Shown in pieces: positions 27,939 to 37,764 of a DNA stretch of 64,000 bases. Source of the DNA: Pseudomonadota bacterium. GTDB lineage: Archaea > Thermoplasmatota > SW-10-69-26 > JACQPN01 > JAJPHT01. The notes under the pieces are model-generated. The model was not told where the DNA came from. It made no database searches and saw nothing but the letters and a program-made list of their open reading frames with translations. The stretch is from the NCBI GenBank assembly GCA_021325135.1, contig JAJPHT010000015.1:181320-245319 (forward strand), given 5' to 3'. The position numbers were made by a program, and so were the translations under genes. Position 1 is the first letter of the stretch, and each line of letters begins with the position of its first letter.

Positions 27939-28871
27939 ATGCACGCCGAGGCGGAGTCCCCCTGCACCGTGGGCAACTTCGGCCCCGGCTTCGACGTGCT
28001 CAGCCTCGCCCTCGCCCGGCGCGGCGACAAGGTGTGGGTCCGCACGGCGGAGGCCGACAAGGTCACGGTGCGCGGGCCCGGCCACGAGCGCGTCCCCACC
28101 GAGTGGGCGCGCAACTCCGCCTGCGCGAGCCTCGACCACCTGCGCAAGCTCACCGGCCGCGCCGAGCCGCTGGAGGTCGTCATCGAGAAGGGCATGCCCC
28201 CCGGCAGCGGCCTCGGCAGCAGCGCGTCCTCCAACGCCAGCGCGGTGCGCGCGTTCGCCCGCCTATGGGGTGTCGCGCTCTCGCCCTTGCAGGCGCTGGA
28301 GGCCGCCGCCGCGGGCGAGGCCGTCGCCACGGGGAGCGCGCACACGGACGACGTGGCCGCCGCGCTCTTCGGCGGGCTCACCGTGGTGGGCGGGAAGGGC
28401 CCGGACGCCGTGATCCGGCTGCGCCCTCCCCCTCTGCATCTCGTCGTCGCGCGCCCCGAGGTCGACCTCCCCACGCGGGAGATGCGCCGCCTCATCCCGG
28501 ACGCGCTGCCCAAGGCCGCCGTCGTGGGCAACCTGAGCAACGTCGCGCGCATCGTGCACGCCTGCCACCGCGGCGACGCGGCCATGCTCTGCCGCGCGCT
28601 GGAGGACGGCATCTCGCGCCCCTACCGCGCGCCCCGCGTCCCCCTCTTCGAGGAGGCGCGCCAGGCGGCCCTCGCGCAGGGCGCCGAGGCCTTTTTGCTA
28701 TCTGGGTCGGGCCCCGCCATGATCGCGGCGATGCCCGCCGAGAAGGACCCCCGCGCCGTGGAGAGCGCCATGCGCGACGTCTTCGTCAAGGCCGCGCTGG
28801 ACGCCGAGGTGTTCACGACGCAGCCGCTCCCGGAGGTGAAGGACCCTGCGATTCCGCTGCATCCGCTGTGA
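27939..28871 (+). CDS. thrB: Homoserine kinase
   Basis: NFGPGFDVL, PGSGLGSSAS GHMP motif, SGSGP; CCTTAAG TATA-like upstream. Confidence 0.92.
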   Translation: MHAEAESPCTVGNFGPGFDVLSLALARRGDKVWVRTAEADKVTVRGPGHERVPTEWARNSACASLDHLRKLTGRAEPLEVVIEKGMPPGSGLGSSASSNASAVRAFARLWGVALSPLQALEAAAAGEAVATGSAHTDDVAAALFGGLTVVGGKGPDAVIRLRPPPLHLVVARPEVDLPTREMRRLIPDALPKAAVVGNLSNVARIVHACHRGDAAMLCRALEDGISRPYRAPRVPLFEEARQAALAQGAEAFLLSGSGPAMIAAMPAEKDPRAVESAMRDVFVKAALDAEVFTTQPLPEVKDPAIPLHPL

Positions 28872-30003
28872 CCGCGACTATCCCCTCGCGCAGGTGCGCT
28901 ACCGCTGCGAGTGCGGCGGCCTCCTGGAGGTCGAGGCGGACTGGCGCTGGCGCCCCACGGAGGCGCGCGGCCTGTGGCGATATCGTTCCCTCCTCCCCAC
29001 GCTGGACGAGGCGCCGCCCGTCACGCTCCAGGAGGGGGGAACGCCCCTCGTGAGGTGCGAGCGCCTCGCGGCGTGGGCCGGCGTGCGCGAGCTGAGCGTC
29101 AAGGTCGAGGGCGCGAACCCCACGGGCTCCTTCAAGGACCGCGGCATGACGGTGGGCGTCACCCTCGCGCGCAGCCTCGGCATGAAGGCCCTCGCGTGCG
29201 CGAGCACGGGCAACACCAGCGCGTCCCTCGCAGCGTATGGCGCGCGGGCCGGGCTCCCCGTGAGCGTCCTCGTCCCCGCGGGCAAGATCGCGGCCGGCAA
29301 GATGGCGCAGGCCCTCGCCTTCGGCGCCAAGGTGATCGAGGTGGAGGGCGGCTTCGACGAGGCCATGTCCCTGGTGGAGCAGCTTTCCGCCGACGGCCAC
29401 GTCTACCTCCTGAACTCCCTCAACCCGCTGCGCCTTGAAGGGCAGAAGACGCTCCTCTTCGAGGTGCTGGAGGCGGCCTCGCCCGACCGCGTCGTCTTCC
29501 CCGTGGGCAACGGCGGCAACGTCAGCGCCGCGCACAAGGCCATCCGCGAGGCCAACGCCACGGGCCTCTCCCGCGCGACGCCCATGCTCACCGGCGTCCA
29601 GGCCGAGGGCGCGGCGCCCCTCGCCTCCGGAAGCTATCACCCTGTGGACAAGGCCGAGACGCTGGCCACCGCCATCCGCATCGGGCGCCCGGTCAACGCC
29701 GACAAGGCCCTGCGCGCCGTGAAGGAGACGGGCGGCGCGTTCGCCAAGGTCAGCGACGCGGAGATCTTCGACGCGCAGCGCCGCCTCGCGCGGGAGGAGG
29801 GGCTCTTCGTCGAGCCCGCCAGCGCGGCGCCCCTTGCGGGCCTTCGCAGGCTCGTGGAGTCCGGCGTCGTGGACCGCTCCGAGAGCGTGGTGCTCGTCGC
29901 GACGGGGAACGGCATGAAGGACCCCGACGTGGTGTCGCGCTACGCGTCCCCTCCGTTGCGGACGAAGGCCGATCTTCCCTCTCTTCTGAAGGTGCTATCG
30001 TGA
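28846..30003 (+). CDS. thrC: Threonine synthase (CTG start inferred)
   Basis: NPTGSFKDRG, ASTGNTSAS, PVGNGGN, EPASAA; N-terminal CIRC..CECG ribbon needs a start at CTG 28846. Confidence 0.93.
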   Translation: MRFRCIRCDRDYPLAQVRYRCECGGLLEVEADWRWRPTEARGLWRYRSLLPTLDEAPPVTLQEGGTPLVRCERLAAWAGVRELSVKVEGANPTGSFKDRGMTVGVTLARSLGMKALACASTGNTSASLAAYGARAGLPVSVLVPAGKIAAGKMAQALAFGAKVIEVEGGFDEAMSLVEQLSADGHVYLLNSLNPLRLEGQKTLLFEVLEAASPDRVVFPVGNGGNVSAAHKAIREANATGLSRATPMLTGVQAEGAAPLASGSYHPVDKAETLATAIRIGRPVNADKALRAVKETGGAFAKVSDAEIFDAQRRLAREEGLFVEPASAAPLAGLRRLVESGVVDRSESVVLVATGNGMKDPDVVSRYASPPLRTKADLPSLLKVLS

Positions 30004-30010
30004 TCGACAA

Positions 30011-30110
30011 GGGTCCAAAGAACGCGACGAGCGCCACGAGCGCAAAGGACGCGACGACGGGAAACATCGCGACCTTGGCGCTCTTCGCGCTCGTCGCGTT
30101 CTTTGGACCC
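30011..30110. repeat. Long palindrome with 9-nt periodicity between thrC and the ACT gene
   Basis: Perfect 24-bp IR 30011-30034 / 30087-30110 plus imperfect inner stem. Confidence 0.85.
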
Positions 30111-30133
30111 CTGGCCAGGGAGGTGACGTTCAG

Positions 30134-30631
30134 GTGAAGCTCGACATCCTCGTGGAACTCCGGGACTCTCCAGGCCAGCTCAGCCAGGCCCTCGCCACCG
30201 TGAGCCGCTTCGGAGGCAACGTCATCAGCGTCCTCCACGAGCACGGCAAGCGTCGCGGCGACTGGGTCCCCGTGCGCATCGTGCTGGAGATCCCCAAGGA
30301 GGGGGAGGAGCCGCTGGTCAACGCGCTCAAGGCCGAAAGCCGCGTCGTCTCCGTGGGCGGCGCCAGCGCGACGATCCCCTTCGCGTTCCTCCTCCTGGGG
30401 CACGTCTTCGAGTCGCACGTGCAGGAGATCACCGACGCCGTCTTCGCCGCGGGCGCCGAGGTGCGCCGCTTCAGCGCGGAGATCGCGAGCCGCGAGGCGC
30501 CCAGCGCGGCCCTGGTGGAGATCGCGGCGGGCAACGCCGAGACGCTCCAGGCCGCCCGCGAGCGCGTGCAGGAGATGGCGCGCGCCAAGGGGCTTCTCAT
30601 GATCGAGGCCCTGGGGGGCGCTCCCGAATGA
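30134..30631 (+). CDS. ACT-domain regulatory protein associated with homoserine dehydrogenase
   Basis: ELRDSPGQL..GGNVISVLH, LLGHVFES; GGAGGTGA SD. Confidence 0.85.
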   Translation: MKLDILVELRDSPGQLSQALATVSRFGGNVISVLHEHGKRRGDWVPVRIVLEIPKEGEEPLVNALKAESRVVSVGGASATIPFAFLLLGHVFESHVQEITDAVFAAGAEVRRFSAEIASREAPSAALVEIAAGNAETLQAARERVQEMARAKGLLMIEALGGAPE

Positions 30632-30716
30632 GCCGCATCCTGCTCGCTTCGGCCGAAGCCTCTCCTCGCGGCCTTGCGGCCGCTCGTCGGGATCGGCCTC
30701 GCTCGGAGGATGCGTC

Positions 30717-31703
30717 ATGAGCCGCATCCTCCTCGCTGGGCACGGCAACGTGGGGAAGGCGTTCCATGAGCTTCTCCTGGAGGAGGCCCCGCGCCTCGCG
30801 GCCCTCCTGGGCGAGGCGCCCAAGGTGGTGGGCGTGCTGCGCCGCAGCGGCGCGTGGCTCGACGAGAACGGCGTCGGCGTGGGCGCCACGCTGCTCTCGC
30901 GGCGGCAATCGCTCTCCGTCGTGGACGCGCTGGACAAGGTGCGGCCCGACGTCTTCGTGGAGCTGACCACCAGCAACCTCCAGACGGGCGAGCCGGGCGC
31001 TTCCTACATCCGCGCGGCGCTGGAGCGCGGCATCCCCGTCGTCACGGCCAACAAGGGGCCCCTCCTGCGCCACTACGAGAGCCTCACCACGCTGGCGAAG
31101 AGGAAGGGCGTGCCGCTGCGCTTCGAAGGCACGGTGGCAGGCTCGATCCCCACGCTCAACCTCCACGAGTTCACCCTGGTCGGGAACCCGGTCACGCGCT
31201 TCGACGGCATCCTCAACGGCACGTCGAACTACATCCTCACGCGCATGGCCGAGGAGGGGCTCGCCTTCGCGGACGCGCTCAAGGAGGCGCAGGAGCTTGG
31301 CTACGCCGAGGCGGACCCCACGAGCGACGTGGGCGGCCACGACGCGGCGGCGAAGCTCGTCATCCTCGCCAACCACGTCCTGGGCGTGCCCCTGTCGTTC
31401 GAGGACGTTCAGCGCGAGGGGATCGAGCGCATCAGCGCGGCCGCCATCCGCCTCGCCGCCAAGGAGGGCTACGCCATCCGGCTCATCGCGACCGCGGACG
31501 CCGCCACGCGGCAGGCCAGCGTCGCGCCGCGCCTCGTGCCCGTGGACTCCTCCCTCAACGTGCGCGGCAGCCTCAACGTCGTGCGCTTCGCCACCGCGCA
31601 CGCGGGCTCGTTCACCATCAGCGGCAAGGGCGCGGGCGGCCGGGAGACGGCCACGGCGGTCCTCAGCGACGTCATCCACGTCCTGCGGGGGCGAACGACC
31701 TAG
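30717..31703 (+). CDS. hom: Homoserine dehydrogenase
   Basis: GHGNVG, VVTANKGP, GILNGTSNYIL, AEADPTSDV, GKGAGGRETA. Confidence 0.95.
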   Translation: MSRILLAGHGNVGKAFHELLLEEAPRLAALLGEAPKVVGVLRRSGAWLDENGVGVGATLLSRRQSLSVVDALDKVRPDVFVELTTSNLQTGEPGASYIRAALERGIPVVTANKGPLLRHYESLTTLAKRKGVPLRFEGTVAGSIPTLNLHEFTLVGNPVTRFDGILNGTSNYILTRMAEEGLAFADALKEAQELGYAEADPTSDVGGHDAAAKLVILANHVLGVPLSFEDVQREGIERISAAAIRLAAKEGYAIRLIATADAATRQASVAPRLVPVDSSLNVRGSLNVVRFATAHAGSFTISGKGAGGRETATAVLSDVIHVLRGRTT

Positions 31704-31758
31704 AACGGTGCCCGGAAGAAGGCGGTGGATTGATCCTGCAAGGCTCCTTCGATGGGGC

Positions 31759-33936
31759 ATGGGCGGAGAGGGGCAGGCCGACGCCGACCGCCGCACCCGC
31801 CTCCTTCTGCGGGCGGGGCAGGTCTTCGCCTCCTCCCTGGACTACGACCTCACGCTCCAGAACCTCGCCGACCTCGTCGTCCCCGAGCTTGCCGACTGGT
31901 GCGGCGTCCACATGCTGGCGGAGGGCGGGCTCGTCCTCCCCCTGGCGATCCGCCACCGCCGCGCGGACGGCGACGAGATCTCGAAGGAGTGGATCACGCG
32001 CTTCCCCGCGCGCGTCGGCGACCCCGCCGGCATCGGCCGCGTCGTGCGCGAGGGCCGCACCGCCAGCGCGCTGGACGTGACGCCCGCCATCCTGCGCGCC
32101 TTCGCCCCCTCGGAGGAGGCGGCCCGCGTCGCGGAGCGCGTGGGCGTCCGCTCCGTCATCATCGTGCCGCTGCGCGTCCGCGGCGAGACGGTGGGCGCCG
32201 TGTCCCTCGCCATGGCCGAGTCGGGGCGCCGCCACGCGCCCGAGGACGTGACGCTCGCCGAGGACCTCGCGCTGCGCGCCGCGGCCGCCATCGACAATGC
32301 GCGGCTCCTCCAGGCGGAGCGCGACCAGCGCGCCCGCGCCGAGCGCGCGCTCTCCGCCCTGGGCCGGCTGCACGCCGTCACCTCCGCGCTGGCCGGCGCC
32401 TCCACGCTGGAGGAGGTGGGCTCCTTCCTCGTGCGCGAGGCCAGCGCCAGCGTCGAGGCCGAGTCGGGCCTCCTCGCGCTCCTCGACGAGGAGGGCCGCG
32501 CGCTGGACCTCTTCCGCATCCACGAGGTCCCCGACGACCTCGCGCGCCCCTTCGCGCGCATCCCCCTGGACGCCGACCTGCCCGCGGCGGAGGCCTTCCG
32601 CACGGGCGAGCCCGTCTTCGTCGAGACGCGCGAGGCGCTCTACGCCCGCTGGTCGGGCCTCCAAGGGCGCGCCGTCCAGAACGAGGCGTGGGCCGTCGTC
32701 CCCCTCGTCTGGGGCGAGACGCGCCTGGGCGCCGCGTGGTTCGGCTTCCCCGCGCCGCGCGCGTTCAGCGCCGAGGACCGCGCCTTCCTCCTGGCCCTCG
32801 CCGCGCAGGGCGCGCAGGCCCTGGGCCGCACGCGCCTGGAGGCCGCCTCGCGGCTCCAGCGGCGCCTCCTGGAGTCGGAGAACGAGGCCGCGCTGGACGG
32901 CATCTGCCTCCAGGGCGCCGACGGGCGCGTCATCTTCCACAACAGGCGCCTCCTCGCCCTCTTCCACGTGGAGGAGAAGGCGCTGCGCGAAGCCGGCCCC
33001 GACGCGCTTGTCGCGGCGTGCATGGGCCAGATGGAGGACCCCGAGGCGTTCCGTGCCCTCGCGCGCAAGCTGGGCGGCGAGAGTGACGACTCGCTGCGCT
33101 TCGACCTGCGCCTCCGCGGCGGCCGCACGCTGGACGCCTACACCGCGCCCGTGAAGGGCGAGCGCGGCGAGCGCCTGGCCCGCGCGTGGTACTTCCGCGA
33201 CGTCACCGAGCGCCGCCGCCTGGAGGCCGAGCTCCTGGAGGCGCGCCGGCAGCTGGCCCACCGCGAGAAGCTCGCCGCCATGGGCACCCTCGTCTCGGGC
33301 GTCGCGCACGAGATCCGCACGCCCCTCGCGTACATGGGCAACCACGCCTTCGTCCTCCAGCGCCTCGCCGCGCCGGGCTCGGGCGTCCCCGAGGGCGAGG
33401 CCGCCCGGCTGCGCGAGGCCGCGGACGCCATCGTCGAGGGCGTCGACCGCATCAACCACCTCGTGCGCGAGCTTCGCCGCTTCGTCCGCATGAACGAGGG
33501 CGAGCCCCGGGCGTTCGCGTGGGACGAGATGGTGGAGGCCGCCGCGCGCCTCTTCGAGGTCACGCACCGCGGCGTCCGCCTCTCCGTCTCCTTGCGCTCC
33601 GGCGCCGAGGTCCGCGCCGACCGCCTCCAGCTCCAGCAGGTGGTCCTCAACCTCCTGGAGAACGCGGCCGACGCCTCCCCTCCGGACGCCGAGGTGCGCC
33701 TCGCCACGAGCCTGGAGGCGGGGTGGGCCGTCCTGCGCGTCGAGGACGACGGCACGGGCATCCCTCCCGACGTGAAGGCGCGCATCTTCGAGCCCTTCTT
33801 CACCACGAAGGAGGGGGGCACGGGGCTGGGCCTCGCCATCGTGCGCCGCATCGTGGAGGCCCACGAGGGGCGCGTCTCCGTCGAGTCCGAGCCGGGGAAG
33901 GGGACCCTCTTCGAGGCGCGGCTCAGGGTGGCGTAG
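31759..33936 (+). CDS. Cytoplasmic GAF-GAF-PAS histidine kinase
   Basis: LADWC GAF, second GAF, PAS, VAHEIRTPL, NLLENA, GTGLGL. Confidence 0.9.
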   Translation: MGGEGQADADRRTRLLLRAGQVFASSLDYDLTLQNLADLVVPELADWCGVHMLAEGGLVLPLAIRHRRADGDEISKEWITRFPARVGDPAGIGRVVREGRTASALDVTPAILRAFAPSEEAARVAERVGVRSVIIVPLRVRGETVGAVSLAMAESGRRHAPEDVTLAEDLALRAAAAIDNARLLQAERDQRARAERALSALGRLHAVTSALAGASTLEEVGSFLVREASASVEAESGLLALLDEEGRALDLFRIHEVPDDLARPFARIPLDADLPAAEAFRTGEPVFVETREALYARWSGLQGRAVQNEAWAVVPLVWGETRLGAAWFGFPAPRAFSAEDRAFLLALAAQGAQALGRTRLEAASRLQRRLLESENEAALDGICLQGADGRVIFHNRRLLALFHVEEKALREAGPDALVAACMGQMEDPEAFRALARKLGGESDDSLRFDLRLRGGRTLDAYTAPVKGERGERLARAWYFRDVTERRRLEAELLEARRQLAHREKLAAMGTLVSGVAHEIRTPLAYMGNHAFVLQRLAAPGSGVPEGEAARLREAADAIVEGVDRINHLVRELRRFVRMNEGEPRAFAWDEMVEAAARLFEVTHRGVRLSVSLRSGAEVRADRLQLQQVVLNLLENAADASPPDAEVRLATSLEAGWAVLRVEDDGTGIPPDVKARIFEPFFTTKEGGTGLGLAIVRRIVEAHEGRVSVESEPGKGTLFEARLRVA

Positions 33937-33980
33937 CCCCCCGCAAACGTTCAAGTCCAGCCCCCTTCCTCGCCCTCGCC

Positions 33981-35318
33981 GTGAACCTGGCGGCGCTCGC
34001 GCGCTACCCCTTCCTCCCCGAGGCCGGCGCCTGGGTCGCGCAGGAGGGCCCCTCCCTGGAGGACCTGCTCGCCGAGCGCGTGTACGCCGGGGCCCGGGCG
34101 CGGGGGCGCGAGCGGCTGCTGGCCGCCATCGAGCAGGGGGAGCTTCCCGCGACGGCGCTCGCCGAGGCCTCGGGCCCGCGCGAGCTTCTGGAGGAGCTTC
34201 TGGCCTACGTCTACGCGCGCATCCTGGTGTGCGCCATGGACGACCCCTACGTCGTGCGACGGCACGCGCTGGCGGAGGCGGTGCGGGCGCGCGGCTTCCT
34301 GGCAGTGGAGCGCGATCCCGCGCTCCTCGCGCGCGCGGCGGAGGCGGTGGGCCTCGCCTTCGAGCCCGAGGGCGCGGGCTTCCGCGCGCACTTCACGGAG
34401 TACCTGCGCTACGCGGTCCACCTCAAGGACGTGGAGTGGAAGCTCGTGCGGCAGCCGCTCTCCCGGGGGTTCGTCCAGATGGACGCGGCCACCGCGTCGC
34501 GCCTCGTGCAGGAGGCGTTGAGGCGGCGCATCGAGGCCGAGCTTCCCAAGCCCTTGGCGGAGGAGGTGGAGGAGGCGGTGGCGGGGGACCTCGCGCCGCT
34601 CCTGGAGGCCGCGCGCGTGCGCAAGGAGGCCATCCGCCCCGAGGCGTTCGGCGCGGTGCAGCTTGACCTCATCCCGCCCTGCATGGCGAACCTCCTCGCG
34701 GAGCTTCAGCAGGGGAAGAACGTCGCGCACAACGGGCGCTTCGCCATCACGACGTTCCTGCACAAGATCGGCCTCTCCAGCGAGGACATCATGAAGCTCT
34801 TCGCGCAGGCGCCCGACTTCCGCGAGGACCTCACGCGATATCAGGTCGAGCACATCACGGGCGTCACGTCGTCCACCGTCTACAACGTGCCCGGCTGCGA
34901 CAACCTCCAGACGTTCAGCCTCTGCTACGCGGACGATCTCTGCCGCACCAAGACCAAGGCGGGCATGCCGCGCGTGCGCTACCCGGGCGACTACTACCGC
35001 TACATGGTGGAGGCGCAGGCCGTAAGCGGGCCCATCGCGCAGCGCGTTCCCCTGGACGACCCCAAGGTGCTCACGATGCACCTCGCCAAGAGCTACGGCC
35101 TCCTCATGCGCGCGAAGGAGATGGCGGAGTCGCCGGCCTTCCAGCGCGTCGAGCCGGAGGCCGTGCTCGCGTGGGTCGCGGAGGCGAAGATCCCCGTGAA
35201 GGTCAAGGCCGGCGAGAAGGGCTCCTCCATCGTCATGGAGCCCGACGACCCGTGGCAGGTCCTCCGCCTGGTGGAGGGGTTCCTGGCGGCGCGCCCCGCC
35301 GCGAAGCGCGGCCCGTGA
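33981..35318 (+). CDS. priL: DNA primase large subunit
   Basis: LARYPFL, PPCM, HNGRF, PDFREDLTRYQVEHI, Fe-S Cys cluster. Confidence 0.9.
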   Translation: MNLAALARYPFLPEAGAWVAQEGPSLEDLLAERVYAGARARGRERLLAAIEQGELPATALAEASGPRELLEELLAYVYARILVCAMDDPYVVRRHALAEAVRARGFLAVERDPALLARAAEAVGLAFEPEGAGFRAHFTEYLRYAVHLKDVEWKLVRQPLSRGFVQMDAATASRLVQEALRRRIEAELPKPLAEEVEEAVAGDLAPLLEAARVRKEAIRPEAFGAVQLDLIPPCMANLLAELQQGKNVAHNGRFAITTFLHKIGLSSEDIMKLFAQAPDFREDLTRYQVEHITGVTSSTVYNVPGCDNLQTFSLCYADDLCRTKTKAGMPRVRYPGDYYRYMVEAQAVSGPIAQRVPLDDPKVLTMHLAKSYGLLMRAKEMAESPAFQRVEPEAVLAWVAEAKIPVKVKAGEKGSSIVMEPDDPWQVLRLVEGFLAARPAAKRGP

Positions 35319-35324
35319 GCGGCC

Positions 35325-36419
35325 TCACCCGCACGCAAGGGGCACGGGCGCGAGGCCCGGCTGCGCCGCGAACGCCAGGTGCGCGAGGCCGAAGGAGTCC
35401 TCCATGCCGCGCAGCAGGCTGTAGTGGTTCACGGGCGTCGTGTCGATGCGGCCCGGCGCGATGCAGGGGCCCAGCACGACGGCGCCCACCTGGCCGCCGC
35501 CCGCGCCCTGCTCGCCGGCCATGGGCGTGTCGTAGCCGCTCTGCTCGCCGCAGCACGCGGCGTTGTCGTCCCCCTCGTCGAAGACGATGACGATGCGCCC
35601 GTCCTGCTGGTAGGCGGGGCTGGCCTCGATGCGGGGGACCCAGGCGCGGAGGAACTGCTCGATGCCGGCGTAGCCGCCGGGGCGCGTCGCGTTCTTGGAG
35701 CAGGGGCTGTCGTGGCCGTCGCTGCAGAGGTTGGGCGTGATGAACGCGAGGTTGGGCGTCGTGCCCACGCTCTGAAGGTCCGCGTTGAGGTCGTCGAGGT
35801 CCACGACGTGCTGCGAGCAGGAGGCCGCGTCGTCGATGACGCTGTGGAAGTAGACGAAGGGGACGTGCTTCGTCGCGTACTGGTCGTCCGCGCTGGTCTC
35901 GCCCTCCCACGGGTCCTGAGCGTTGAGGGGCGCGTGGCGGCAGGTGGTGGGCGCGCTCTGGGGCGAGGCGGCCATGTCCTCGCCGTACATGCGCCACGTC
36001 TTGCCCGCGGCGCTGAGCTGGTCGCCGATGGTCTTCGCGGCGGCCGGGTAGACGCAGCCCTGCCCGATGGCCTGGCCATCCAGCGGGTTGACGACGCCCA
36101 CGAAGTCGGTGTAGGACGGGCAGTCGGCCTGCGTCTGGGGGTTGGGGCCCTGGCCGCTCACCATGGAGATGTAGTTGTCCAGGCTCGCGTGGCCCGTGCC
36201 GTAGTAGTTGGGCAGGAAGAGGCCCGCGTTCACGAGGTCGTGCGCGAGGTAGGGCGAGCCGCCGTTGGGGCCGAAGGTCCGGCTGAAGCCCTTGTTCTCC
36301 AGGACGATGACGAAGACGTGGCCCGGCTGGGCGGGGAGCGCGGCGCCGGCGTCGAACGTCGCCAGGAAGGGGAGCGTGAGGAGCGCGCAGAGCGCCAGGC
36401 TCGGCAGGGGGGAGCGCAT
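35325..36419 (-). CDS. Secreted phosphoesterase (acid phosphatase family)
   Basis: HVFVIVLENKG, HASLDNY, KHVPF, TPNLCSDGHD, FDE, NHYSLLR. Confidence 0.88.
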   Translation of the reverse strand: MRSPLPSLALCALLTLPFLATFDAGAALPAQPGHVFVIVLENKGFSRTFGPNGGSPYLAHDLVNAGLFLPNYYGTGHASLDNYISMVSGQGPNPQTQADCPSYTDFVGVVNPLDGQAIGQGCVYPAAAKTIGDQLSAAGKTWRMYGEDMAASPQSAPTTCRHAPLNAQDPWEGETSADDQYATKHVPFVYFHSVIDDAASCSQHVVDLDDLNADLQSVGTTPNLAFITPNLCSDGHDSPCSKNATRPGGYAGIEQFLRAWVPRIEASPAYQQDGRIVIVFDEGDDNAACCGEQSGYDTPMAGEQGAGGGQVGAVVLGPCIAPGRIDTTPVNHYSLLRGMEDSFGLAHLAFAAQPGLAPVPLACG

Positions 36420-36549
36420 GCGGGCCTCGAACGGGGGAGCAGGGCTTGAGCCGTGCGCCCGGAGACGCGGGAAGGGCCGAAGACCTCCGGATGTCTCCGA
36501 AGGCTCGCTTGCCGCCGGGCTCAAGCACGCGGGAGCGCCCGAGGGGCCC

Positions 36550-37071
36550 ATGGGACGCTGGACCGACGTGGGTCCTGGCGAGGCGCCGCCCGACGACCTC
36601 TACGCCCTCGTCGAGGTCGCGCAGGGGAGCCGCCTCAAGCACGAGGCCGACCTCGCCGCGGGCGTGCTGCGGCTCAGCCGCGTGCTGCCGCTGGGCCTCG
36701 CCTACCCCGTGAGCTACGGATGCCTGCCCGCCATCCCCGGCAAGGACGGCGACCCTCTCGACGTGCTCGTGCTCGCCAGCGCGCCGCTGCTGCCGGGGAC
36801 GCTCGTGCGCGTGCGGCCCGTGGGGGAGCTTCGCCTGCGCGACGAAGGCGAGGACGACGCGAAGCTCCTGGGCGCCTGCCTGGGCGACCCCCTGACGAAG
36901 AGCTGGCGGCGCCTGGGCGACGTGGACGGGCGCCTGCTGGAGGGCGTCGCGGACTTCTTCCGCGTCTACAAGCGCGCCGAAGGGGAGCAGGACGAGGTGC
37001 GCGTCCTGGGCTGGCGCGACGAGGACGCCGCGCGCTCGCGGGTCGTGGAGGCGCTGGCCGCCCCCTTGTGA
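36550..37071 (+). CDS. ppa: Family I inorganic pyrophosphatase
   Basis: YPVSYG, DGDPLDVLV, DEGEDDAK, FFRVYK. Confidence 0.9.
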   Translation: MGRWTDVGPGEAPPDDLYALVEVAQGSRLKHEADLAAGVLRLSRVLPLGLAYPVSYGCLPAIPGKDGDPLDVLVLASAPLLPGTLVRVRPVGELRLRDEGEDDAKLLGACLGDPLTKSWRRLGDVDGRLLEGVADFFRVYKRAEGEQDEVRVLGWRDEDAARSRVVEALAAPL

Positions 37072-37187
37072 GCCTCTCCGGGGGACCCTGAAGGCGGCTC
37101 TGCCGCGCGCCCCGGAGGGGCGAGGCTCCGGAGCCTCCAGGCTCTCCAAGGCTCCAGGCCATACCCGAGAAGCGCCTCAAGGGGGCC

Positions 37188-37499
37188 ATGATCCGGTGGG
37201 CCGCGAACGCCATCGACGCCGGCACCGCGGAGCGCCTCGTGGAGGACGAGGGCGCGCTCCTCCTGGACGTCCGCGAGGCGTACCGCCGCGAGCGGTGGCC
37301 CGTGGGCGCGACGCTGCAACGGCCGCTGGGCCTCCTGCTCGCGGACGACAGCGGCCTGCCGCGCGACCGCGCGCTCCTCGTGGTCACGGAAGAAGGGGAG
37401 ACCGCGCGCCTCGCCGCGGCCGTGCTCAAGGAGCGCGGCTACGAGGCCTACGCGGTGGAAGGGGGCGCCCTCGCCCTCGACCCGCCAGGATCGTGGTGA
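37188..37499 (+). CDS. Rhodanese-like single-domain protein without catalytic Cys
   Basis: LLDVRE, LVVTEEG (no Cys), AVEGG. Confidence 0.7.
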   Translation: MIRWAANAIDAGTAERLVEDEGALLLDVREAYRRERWPVGATLQRPLGLLLADDSGLPRDRALLVVTEEGETARLAAAVLKERGYEAYAVEGGALALDPPGSW

Positions 37500-37515
37500 G
37501 GGCGCCGGGGCCCGC

Positions 37516-37755
37516 TCACTCGATGGGCGGGGGCGGCACGCAGAACTGGCAGGGGTAGTACATGCCGATCTCGCACCACTGCACATTGCCCCACTCGTTG
37601 TAGTGGGGGTGATAGCACAGCATGTAGGGGCAGGACGAGTCGTTGCCCAGGCTGTAGCTGCAGAAGCCGAGGTCGGGCCGCGCGCTGGCCGAGGGGACGA
37701 GCGCGATGGTGGCCGCCACGAGGACGAGGCCGAAGGCGAGGATCGAGACCTTCAT
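37516..37755 (-). CDS. Secreted six-cysteine mini-protein A (79 aa)
   Basis: Signal ending ASA; C-x9-C-x4-C-x13-C-x7-C-x2-C; GAGGTGG SD. Confidence 0.8.
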   Translation of the reverse strand: MKVSILAFGLVLVAATIALVPSASARPDLGFCSYSLGNDSSCPYMLCYHPHYNEWGNVQWCEIGMYYPCQFCVPPPPIE

Positions 37756-37764
37756 CCATCCACC

